Positions 1-9,609 of a stretch of 64,000 nucleotides of DNA are shown here, piece after piece. This stretch comes from Podarcis muralis (Eukaryota). The notes under the pieces were generated by a model. It saw only the letters and a list, made by a program, of their open reading frames with translations, did no database searches and was not told the DNA's origin. The stretch spans positions 101,060,001-101,124,000 of the forward strand of contig NC_135659.1 of NCBI RefSeq assembly GCF_964188315.1, written 5' to 3'. The translations under genes and the position numbers were made by a program. Positions within the stretch are counted from its first letter, which is position 1, and every line of letters begins with the position of its first letter.

Positions 1-82
1 TGATGCAAGAGACATCTTTCAGCACACCCAGGCTTGAATGGCGTGTCACCTGCCTATGGGAGGCAAAACACCCTCACAAACG

Positions 83-410
83 CTATGCCCTCCAAGTGTA
101 CCAGTTTCCCAGGGACAGTCCCAGAATTACAGAAGCCGTCCCAGTTTCTGATTTGATCCCAGAATGTCCCCGTTTTCCTTTTTCCTCCCTTCCACATCTC
201 AGAGAGCAATTAAAAGTGATGGAGAGATCAGCCCCGCCCGCCCCCGGTCCTTTTTGGAAACAGGAGCCTTGGCTTTGTCTGTGTGTGTCCCTATTTTCCA
301 GGGACTGTCCCGGATTTACAGAAGCTGTCCTGGTTTCTGATCTGATCCCAGAACGTCCCACTTTTCCTTAGGAGGTCTCTATTTTCATCGGAGAAATGCT
401 CGAGGGTTTG
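83..410. mobile_element. Degenerate MITE-like repeat with internal ~70-bp duplication
   Basis: CCAGGGACAGTCCC...GATCCCAGAATGTCCC occurs at about 109-170 and 298-360; weak terminal inverted similarity. Confidence 0.4.
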
Positions 411-883
411 GATACTTTGCCAGCCACAATGTGGGTCCGAGAGACATGGAAAGGGTGAGTAATGCTAAGTTCATAAAAATGCGTAGCAAATACATTTCTG
501 GAGCTTTGTGTGAAAAAAGTAGGCAGAGAGTTGGAGGGGAATAAGAAAAGCGTAAGCACTTCTTTCTTCTCCCACCCCGTTCATCTCTCAGCTGCAAATT
601 GCCCCATACCTGTCCTGCTTTGCCTAGACCTGCAGGAATGTGTCTATCTTACAAACAACATAATTTATCATTTACATGAATCTGGCAGACACAAAGAGAC
701 CTTGCAGCACTGCTTTGCTTAGAGCAGCCTTGCAGGTTTATTACAAACACACTTGATTTTCAGGGGGTGGGCAGGACTTTTGTTGGTATTTCAAATGTAC
801 TTCTAAGCCTCTGATGGTGACTTTCTAGAGATCTGAGGGGGAGAGCATCCCTGTGTATGGCAGCAGGATTTTGCTCTCAACAT

Positions 884-1739
884 TGTTGTAAACAAAATCT
901 GCCCTTTTCCCCTTATGGGGTGTCCAAGAGCCCTTATAGAGTCCTTACGTAGATTCCCTATAGGTAGGAGAAAAGAACAGAGGCCAACCAGAGAATATTG
1001 AGAAGCAAAGCAGCTAGTAAGCCTGATCTTTATTGATCTGTTGCAACAGGGTGCTCCCCTCACGTGCAGGAGAAAGGAGGAGGACCCCCGAAACAAAGGT
1101 GTGCCTGCCTTTATATAGACATTTTAAATTCCCTGCCCTGGAGCTCAAGACCCCTCCATACATCATACATACATCACAGAATGGGTGTAGCCCAAGACCA
1201 CCCCTCCAGATACATCATACCTACATCACAGAAAAGGTGGTCTACAACTGAAATTTGAATCTTGTTGTTTTTCCTGTATGCCAGGTTATCTGATAATGCC
1301 TTATCTGATTGCCTTTCCTGGTAGTCTGCCAATTCCTTGAAATGGTGATTACTAAATTACTAAACTTCCTGACAGTAAGAGCTGTTCGACAGTGGACTTT
1401 GCTGCCAAGGAGTGTGGTGGAGTCTCCTTCTTTGGAGGTCTTTAAGCAGAGGCTTGACAACCATATGTCAGGAGTGCTCTGATGATGTTTCCTGCTTGGC
1501 AGGGGGTTGGACTCGATGGCCCTTGTGGTCTCTTCCAACTCTATGATTCTATGATTCTATGAAATTCCTGTAACAAGGAAGGTTCTTTCACCTCCACCCT
1601 CCTTGCAGAGAAACATTTGGTCAGCTTGGGAGTCAAAATGGTTTCAGTACTGTCTTCCTGTGCAGCTCCAGACATGTGGTTTGCTTGGTACATTTATGAA
1701 CATTTATTACATATCTAAGACCTTAAAATTCTTATAACA
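884..1739 (-). mobile_element. Solo LTR, family 1 (contains a CR1 3' end at 1363-1561)
   Basis: TG...CA ends, 4-bp TSD ACAT (880-883, 1740-1743), minus-strand TATA near 1110 and AATAAA at 1029-1034. Confidence 0.85.
1363..1561 (+). mobile_element. CR1 LINE 3' end
   Basis: Ends in an (ATTCTATG)n tail; nearly identical to the 3' end of the CR1 at 25748-26428. Confidence 0.9.
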
Positions 1740-2128
1740 ACATTTTCCTCAAAAGCCAAAATAGTAAATAGGGATTGCTCCTGTAAACAGAAACAGCTGG
1801 AGCATATGCAAGTCAACCCACGCCAAACACTGGGTGCTGAGGTTTGTGGGAAATAACTGGTCGCCATTCTTTGCAGTATTCTTACACTTTGGTTGAATAC
1901 AGGCGCTTCAGTTCCTTCCACCCAAAACAAGGGGGGGCTACAAAGCACATGTGATCTAGAGTACTGGGCTTGTGCACTTAGAGCTGGAGGACCACAGGTT
2001 AACCTACCGACCTTAGAGAGTCCCTGGTTCAGGAACAGAACATGGCATTTCCTTCTTCCTTAGCGCCTATGACTTGCCTTAGCAACAAACTGCACAGCCT
2101 GTGAAGAAGAACCTGCTTTCCTCTAAGG

Positions 2129-2384
2129 CAGGGGTCAGCAACCTTTTTCAGCCATGGGCCAGTCCATCGTCCCTCAGACAATGTGGTGGGCCAGACTATA
2201 TATTTTGGGGGGGGGGGGGGATGAACAAATTCCTATGCCCCACAAATAACCCTGAGATGCATTTTAAATAAAAGCACAAATTCTACTCATGTAAAAACAC
2301 GCTGATTCCCGGACCGTCCGCGGGCCGGATTGAGAAGGCGATTGGGCTGCACATGGCCCACGGGCCTTAGGTTGCCTACTCCTG
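2129..2384. mobile_element. hAT-family MITE
   Basis: TIRs CAGGGGTCAGCAACCT / AGGTTGCCTACTCCTG; perfect 8-bp TSD CTCTAAGG. Confidence 0.85.
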
Positions 2385-3309
2385 CTCTAAGGAACTGAGC
2401 AGCATGGCATGCAAATCCAGCTTGGCTTTCAGCACCGCACAGTCCCTTGTAGGACACTCAGCACCAGCACCAGTGCCCAATCCACAGGAGCACTGAGTTT
2501 AACAGCAGGAAAGGGTCACTGGTGCTTATTTATTTGTAACAGTTACACCCAGTCTCGTTCCTGTTGATCAAGGTGGTTCCCACCAGCACAAGGTCGGACT
2601 CAGCTGTGAGCCCCTCCATCCTATGCTCAGGTTGTAGATCTGTGCAAGTAAAACCATATATCCTAAAGACCCAACAGTCTCCTTTCTTGCACCTTACCCA
2701 AAATAACCAGTTGTGCCTGAGGACTTTGTTGAACAGGCACTATATAAATGACGTAAACAAAAAAATCACCAACACCCAAACCTTTCAGCACATGCAAAAC
2801 CTAGACCCAGAGCACATCAAAACCCAGGCTTCGTCCTGGCATGAAACAAGGGTTCCTGCATTGCAGGGGTTGGACTAGATGGCCCTTGGGTCCCTTCCAA
2901 CCCTACAGTTCTAGGATTCTAAGGGCGCAAAGACATGTCTGGAGAACTGGAGGGCGAGGAGCTGCTGGAGGCGGTTTCTGACGTGAGCCTGCTGCTTCCT
3001 GCCCTGGTTTATCCCTCACAAGGCTTGCAATGTTTGGGCGCCACATGTCAAATCAAATCCCTGTCACATTCTTCCCCCAAGGACAAAAGGCACCGACTGT
3101 CGAAATGCAGAACAATGTCACGTAAGCAAATTGTACAATATGCAGGGCAGAAAGAGCTTCCGGCCCAGTTATGTCTGTTTCTGCCATTTCATAACAGAAA
3201 CGCTTCGTTGAAACTTGGGGGGTTTTTTAAAGCAAATTTGATGTCAGTATTCACAGATGTCTTATTAATGTCCATTCCTTATGCTGAAAGACAATGGGTT
3301 GTTGTTAAC

Positions 3310-4003
3310 TGTTGTAAGAAAAAACTGCTCCTTTTCCCTTATGGGGTACCCAAGAGCCCATATAGAGTCCTTTCGTAGGTTCTCTATTGGCAGGAGAAAA
3401 TAACAGAGGCCAATATTGAGAAGCAAAGCAGCTAGCAAGCCTGATCTTTATTGATCTGTTGCAACAGGGTCCTCACTCACCACACGCAGGAGGGAGGAGG
3501 AACCCAGAACAATGGCACACAAGGCCTTATATAGACATTTTAAATTCCCTGCCCTGGAGCTCAAGACCACCCCTCCATACATCATACATACATCACAGAA
3601 GGGGTGTAACCCAAGACCACCCCCCACATACCTACATCACAGAAAAGGCGGTCTACAGCAGAAATCTGAGTGCTTTGTTTACCTCCTGTCTGCCAGGTTA
3701 CCTGTTTAATGGTCACTTGATTGGATACCCTGGGGAGCCTGGCCAGTCTTTTGTAATGATAAATACTTAGTTCCTGAGCCAGGTCACAGGCTCACACCCT
3801 ATTCATATCTTAAGACAGGATTTGTGAAGGAAAAGACAATGGGGAGGCATTTCCATTTTCCTTGGACCTTGCAGAGAAAACATTTGCTCAGTTTGGGAAT
3901 CAAAACGGTTCCAGGTCGGTCTTCCTGTGCTGATCTATGTACGTGCTTGGTTGGTACTTATGAACATTTAACATATATCTAAGACCTCAAAATTCCTATC
4001 ACA
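3310..4003 (-). mobile_element. Solo LTR, family 1
   Basis: Homologous to 884-1739; TG...CA ends; TSD TAAC/TAAG. Confidence 0.85.
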
Positions 4004-4186
4004 TAAGTGCTTGTTACTAAGAGCACACTTACTTAAATCAATGGTCATGGCTAACTTCAGCCCATTAATTTCAGTGGGCCTACTCTGAGTAACAATCATA
4101 TACCCTATGCAGGAAGGGTGGTTCTGTAATGGATGGGCCAAATCATGGGGGATGTGGGGGCAGCTGCCCTCCTACCCAGAAGACTG

Positions 4187-4900
4187 ATGGGGTCTCCTCG
4201 CAATCCTTTTTGAAGATGGAGACAACATTTGCCCACCTCCAGCCCATAGGGACATCTGAAATGGTCCAGTTCTGGACAATGCAGTTTAAGAAGGATGTGG
4301 CCAGGCTAGAAGGTGGGCAGAGGAGGGTGACTGAGATGGTCAAGGGTTTGGAAACCAGCCCTAAGGAGGAGTGGTTGAGGGAGTTGGGCATGTTTAGCCT
4401 GGAAAAGAGGAGACTGATGGGTGAATTGATAGCCAAATTCAAATATATGAAGGGCTGTCCCATAGAAGATGCATGTTATGTACTACTGAGTTGAATAGGA
4501 TCCAAAATGCAGCAGTCTGATTGGTCCTAAAACAATAGGACCCAGAATGCAGCAGTCTGATTGGTCCACAGGAGCCACCCAATCCAGCTCCAGGTGGAAG
4601 TGAATCCCCAACCTGATTGGCCTACAGGAGAATCCCGGAATTAGCCAATCACGGGGGACATTCTGGGGGAACTTCCATTCCTCCTCACCACTATGAGCTG
4701 AATAAAGAGCACGAAATCCACTCTCAACTCCGAGTATATGTCAATGGAGCAAGCTTGTTTTCTGCTACTCTTCGAGTCACAAGAAAGGAGATTCTGACTA
4801 AACCTTAGGGGAAACTGTCTGTCCTGGCCAAGCTTTAGCTCAGATTCCTGCATTGCAGGATACCACTGAGTTGGACTGGATGACCCCTGGGGGTCCCTTC
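4187..4900 (+). mobile_element. CR1 LINE fragments (RT C-terminus), interrupted by an LTR
   Basis: ORF segment [28 protein letters not shown]; a short inverted piece near 4187-4260. Confidence 0.8.
4474..4743 (+). mobile_element. Short solo LTR (Gypsy-like, CCAAT-rich)
   Basis: TGTTATG...TATGTCA, 5-bp TSD ATGCA/ATGGA, repeated CTGATTGG, AATAAA near 4701. Confidence 0.7.
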
Positions 4901-5846
4901 CGCCTCCACAACTAGGACTCCATGGAAAGCAGAATGATGCTGTGCATCTGACAGTTCTTGCTGGCAACTGTCCCTCTCGGGAGCCAATGGAGTCAAGTCA
5001 AACCCTTGGGCGGTTGTGGCGCATGCTGTGGCCAAGGAAACTGATACGTGAAAGACATGTTTTGCTGCAGCCGGGGCAGAGGATGGCGTCCTGTTGGGCT
5101 GCTGCAGATGCCACCATGGCAGTCCTTCTCTCTGCGCTCCTCCCAGCGGCCATTCCTCCTCTGCTCACTGCTGCAGACGCACGACCAGACAGTCCACATC
5201 TACCATTCTCTGAGAAGTGAAGGCCGTCTTGCTGTGCCCTCTGCCAGGGATGCTTCAGCTGAGATTCCTGCAATAATAATAATAATAATTACAATGGTAC
5301 CTCGGGTTAAGTACTTAATTCGTTCCGGAGATTCGTTCTTAACCTGAAACTGTTCTTAACCTGAAGCACCACTTTAGCTAATGGGGCCTCCTGCTGCCGC
5401 CGCGCCGCTAGAGCACGATTTCTGTTCTCATCCTGAAGCAAAGTTCTTAACCTGAAGCACTATTTCTGGGTTAGAGGAGTCTGTAACCTGAAGCGTCTTG
5501 TTGCAGGAACCCCCCCCCCCCATCATTCAGTTTGTACAAACAGGACACACACACACACTCACACACGACATACGTGAAGCTTGTTATAAATTAATAGAAA
5601 ATCAGCCGTACATCAGATCTCTACAGTTCCACTTTTATTTTACACCATGAAGGAAGGACTATCAAGGGGGGAGACTTGACACATCTACCCAGATGGCATG
5701 CTAACCTTGATGGTCCTAGACAGAAGATCATTACACTCACAAAGGACCTGCATATGGAAGTAGATTCAGCAGGGACTAAAACAAAGGACCTAGACAGCAT
5801 CTTAAAAAGCAGAGACATCACCTTACCAACAAAGGTCCATATAGTT

Positions 5847-6848
5847 CAGGGGTCTGCAACCTTTAAGACAAAAAGAGCCACTTGGACCCGTTTCCGAAGG
5901 GAAAAAAAACTGGGAGCCGCAAAACCATTGCAACATTTAAAACAAATATATCTCCGGAGCCACGATCTGACAGCGGGCGGGAAGGTGACGTCGGGACGGT
6001 GCGTGACTAACGCACGCACTGCCCCCATGCGATGTCACAGCCAGTACAGCGCCCGCCACAGTGGGGAGTGTCGGGGCGCACAATGCGCCTCCTCCCCTCG
6101 CTAGTGTTACGGCTAAATCTGGGTGCGGGGCTACCCTGCCACCCAGCTCGTCGGACTAAGTAAGTCCGCGGGTCCCTGCGGAAGAAAATGAGCTCAGCCG
6201 GACAGGAGCAAACTGCAGAAGATCCAAGTTTATTGCGCAACAGGTTCAAGACCAGATTGAACAGCGAGAAAGGGGTGACATTAACTTTTGAAACTCCCTC
6301 CATGTCCCAGAATACAGTGCAAAATACATCCCAGTTACATCATGAATACATTAAGGAAAGGTTGGGTTACACAGATTACATCATGAATACATTAAGGGGA
6401 GGTTGGGTTAAACCGGATTAACATATGGAGGAGGGAGGGGGGAATATGCAGAGCTGGAGATATGCGCAGATAAGCGCTTCCTGAGTGCCAGTGATGAGAA
6501 GACAATGGTCCATGTATGCATAGTCTGTCACCTGGCATTGCCCGGAGGAAAGGCTTGGCAGAGTGATTTGACAGGATTACGGTCTTGCTTGAGGGATTAT
6601 GGAGGACAGGGGAGGTGTGTGGAGTCCTAGAGAAATTGAGCAAAGTGGCACGTTGATTTTCTATGGATTTTATAGATTTTAGTCCCTTTTGACATTGACA
6701 ATTGGGAATAAATGGATATATTGTAACGAAGAAGAAGGTGAAGAAGACATCCCCCCCCCCTTCCGTAACACTAGTATCCGCCCCGGAGCCGCGGCAAAGG
6801 TGTAAAAGAGCCACATGTGGCTTCGGAGCCACGGGTTGCAGACCCCTG
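5847..6848. mobile_element. hAT (Charlie-like) non-autonomous element
   Basis: Perfect 15-bp TIR CAGGGGTCTGCAACC; 8-bp TSD ATATAGTT/GTATAGTT. Confidence 0.85.
6105..6770 (-). mobile_element. Solo LTR, family 3
   Basis: TGTTACGG...CCGTAACA termini, TSD CTAG, minus-strand AATAAA near 6228. Confidence 0.85.
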
Positions 6849-7741
6849 GTATAGTTAAAGCTCTGGTTTTCCCAGTAGTGATGTATGGAAGTGAGACCTG
6901 GACCATAAAGAAGGCTGATGGCCGAAGAATTGATGCTTTTGAATTCTGGTGCTGGAGGAGACTCTTGAGAGTCCCATGGACTGCAAGAAGATCAAACCTC
7001 TCCATTCTGAAGGAAATCAGCCCTGAGTGCTCACTGGAAGGACAGATCCTGAAGCTGAGGCTCCAAGACTTTGGCCACCTCATGAGAAGAGAAGACTCCC
7101 TGGAAAAGATCCTGATGTTGGGAAAGATGGAGGGCACAAGGAGAAGGGGGCGACAGAGGACGAGATGGTGGGACAGTATTCTCGAAGCTACCAGCATGAG
7201 TTTGACCAAACTGCGGGAGGTAGTGGAGGACAGAGGTGCCTGGCGTGCTCTGGTCCAGGGGGTCATGAAGAGTCGGACACGACTAAACGACTAAACAACA
7301 ACAAAACAAAGGACAGTGATCAGCTCTTCCCTCTGGGGGCAGGAAACAGTGAACTCCTCTTTCTCCTCAGGAATGTAATCATGGGGAGGGGGAAAGGAGG
7401 AACTGGACAGGTGACAGGACACTCAGGTTACCACCACAACTCCTCCCTGAACCCCTCCTCTTTGTGATGTGTCAATGATGTAGTCTTGGGGGTGTAGCAA
7501 GGGGATTATCAGCTAATAAAAGTTTGGGTCTCCTTTTGCTCTGGGCTTCCATTATGTTTCACCTGGTGGCAGGTGGGAGTCCTGTCACGACAGTCTTCAA
7601 TCAAGACCAAGCCTACTGGCTGCTGTTTTGCTCTGGTCTTCCTGGCTGGGGTCCTTGTTGTTTTTTTGTCCAAGGGAGCCCTCAGATTTCTCCATTAACA
7701 GTCTGTAACCTGAAGTGTCTGTAACCCAAGGTACCACTGTA

Positions 7742-7875
7742 TTATTATTTATTTCTACCCCGCCCATCTGGCTGGGTTTCCCCAGCCACTCTGGGTGGCT
7801 TCCAGCAAAATATTAAAATACAATAACTCATCAAATATTAAAACAATTCATCAAGTGTTAAAAGCTTCCCTAAAC
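7742..7875 (-). mobile_element. L2-type LINE 3' end (further copies at about 13135-13995, 20385-20480, 22850-22990, 46545-46640, 48250-48370, 55525-55960, 61790-61880, 61965-62320)
   Basis: Shared terminus GAGCCGCCCAGAGTGGCTGGGGAAACCCAGCCAGATGGGCGGGGTATAAAT followed by an (AAT)/(ATT) tail. Confidence 0.75.
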
Positions 7876-7959
7876 AAGGCAGGGGGTGGGACTAGATGGC
7901 CTCTGGGGGTCCCTTCCGGGTTCCAATCCCAGAGAAGCACATAAAAGTATTCCCCTGGA

Positions 7960-8500
7960 GGTGAGGGGGTGGCTCTAGGCGGGGAGGCGCTCTGCCCATG
8001 CTCAGGATGCTCCCTCGGGCCCTGGACGCCGTTGCCAAGGCGACGCCTCCCGGGCTCCGGCTTCCGGCGCGTGGCGATGACGCAGTTCCGGGCGCCTCTC
8101 CTCCTTCCCGCTTGCTTCTCCCTGGAGGATGGGGGCCGCCCGGGAGGCCGAGCAGCAGCCGGCGCCGGAGCCCGAGCGGGGCGAGGAGGAGGACGAGGAG
8201 GAGGAAGAGGCGGCGGCGGCGGCGGGGCAGGAGGAGGCGGAGGAGGAGGCGGCCGGGCCCGGGGGGTCGGGCGCCGCGGTGAGGGGAAGGGGAGGCCGGG
8301 GGGGGAGAGGGGAGGGGGACCCCATTCCCGGGGGGGGGAGAGGGAGACCCCCCGACTGAGGCGCCTCTCGTCCCCCAGAGCCCCTGGAACATCATGATCA
8401 AGCACCGGCTGGTGCAGCGGAGGGGACGGAGGTCGCAGGTGATGACCAGGTGAGCGGGGGGGGGAAGGGGGGTCGAGGGGAGAAGACAACCCCCCCACAA
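7960..8500 (+). promoter_or_regulatory. DNTTIP1 CpG-island promoter
   Basis: High CpG density; ETS core CTTCCGG near 8061; CRE half-site TGACGCA near 8078; overlaps exons 1-2. Boundaries approximate. Confidence 0.8.
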
Positions 8501-9548
8501 ACACACACGCACAATGCCCGATTTACGTATAGTAATAATATAATAATAATAATAATAATTTATTATTTATACCCCGCCCATCTGGCTGGGCTAAACAAGC
8601 TTTAGCTTAGGACCCCACTCTCTGGGGGCCCCCCAAAAAGTAATTAAAGGGGTGCAATGGATGTACATTTCCAAAATATTAGAAAACAAATAAAATAAAA
8701 CCTGCCTACAGCAACAGTGTTTTGTTGGCTCCTATGATGTAAGTCAGGCATGGGCAAACTTGGCCCTCCGGTTTTTTTTGGGACTACAACTCCCATCATC
8801 CCTAGCGAACAGGACCAGCGGTCAGGGATGATGGGAGTTGCAGTCCCAAAACATCTGGAGGGCCAAGTTTGCCTATGCCTGGTGTAAGTAATGGGCCCTG
8901 CCTGCTCGCTAAAATATCACATACAGTCATACCTTGGGTTGAATGTGCTTCAGGTTGAGCGCTTTTGGGTTACGCTCCGCGGCAACTCGGAAGTAATGGA
9001 GCACGTTACTTCTGGGTTTTGCCGCATGCGCAGACTGTCAAAATGATGTCACGCGCATGCGCGGAAGTGGCAAAAAGTGACACGCGTAGGCGCACCGTCG
9101 CGTCTTGCATTCCATTCAGTATGCGAACCGGGCTCCGGAATGGATCCCGTTCGCATCCCAAGGTACCACTGTATTTTGTTATGTGCAAATGGCTTTAGAT
9201 ACCTGTTACGTCCGTAAATGACCATATAGCACATATTCAACACAGAAAACAGCGACAATTTGTTGTTGACAAAGGACAGCTGGACATAGAAAGGGCCCCA
9301 TTGCCTTCAGGAGCTGAGGGCCTCATCAAACCTAAATCCGGCCCTGCACAAACCCCACATGTGACAGCGGCAGGAGGAGCCCCTACCAAGCTGTCTCTCC
9401 CCCAGCACCTGCCCTTCTCTACCAGCTCCGTTCCCCCTGGGCTGAGGATGCTCATCACCTGAAGGCAGAAGGGAGAACAAGAGAAAGACCACACACACAC
9501 ACACAGCATAGGAAGCGATGGGGCTGATTGGACCCAATAATCCTTTTC

Positions 9549-9609
<61 letters not shown>

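Larger units (their letters stand above)
5790..7302 (+). mobile_element. BovB (RTE) LINE, 5'-truncated
   Basis: LDSILKSRDITLPTKV...FWCWRRLLRVPWTARRSN; (CAA)n tail; 12-bp TSD AAAACAAAGGAC. Confidence 0.92.
5499..7700 (+). mobile_element. Solo LTR, family 2 (~680 bp net of insertions)
   Basis: TGTTGCAGGAA...TTAACA, TSD GTCT, AATAAA near 7515; related to 37409-38621. Confidence 0.75.
5292..7739. mobile_element. Tigger/pogo-like MITE (outer shell of nested stack)
   Basis: TIRs CAATGGTACCTCGGGTTA / TAACCCAAGGTACCACTG; TA TSD. Confidence 0.85.

Noticed and set aside
2207-2220. Many 10-15 nt G/C homopolymers throughout the window
   Set aside because: Common in these genomes and length-unreliable in assemblies; no specific function can be supported.
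2935-3378. 147-aa ORF beginning MSGELEGEELLEAVSD, with a donor-like GAC|GTGAGC
   Set aside because: No recognisable homology, runs into an LTR, and no supporting neighbouring exons.
6815-7294. 159-aa ORFs at 6815-7294 and 37765-38244 that look like paralogous genes
   Set aside because: Both are BovB ORF C-termini with tails and TSDs.
7851-8512. Long ORFs across CpG islands (also 21156-21959 and 48905-49955)
   Set aside because: Antisense or alternative frames of GC-rich promoters and real first exons.
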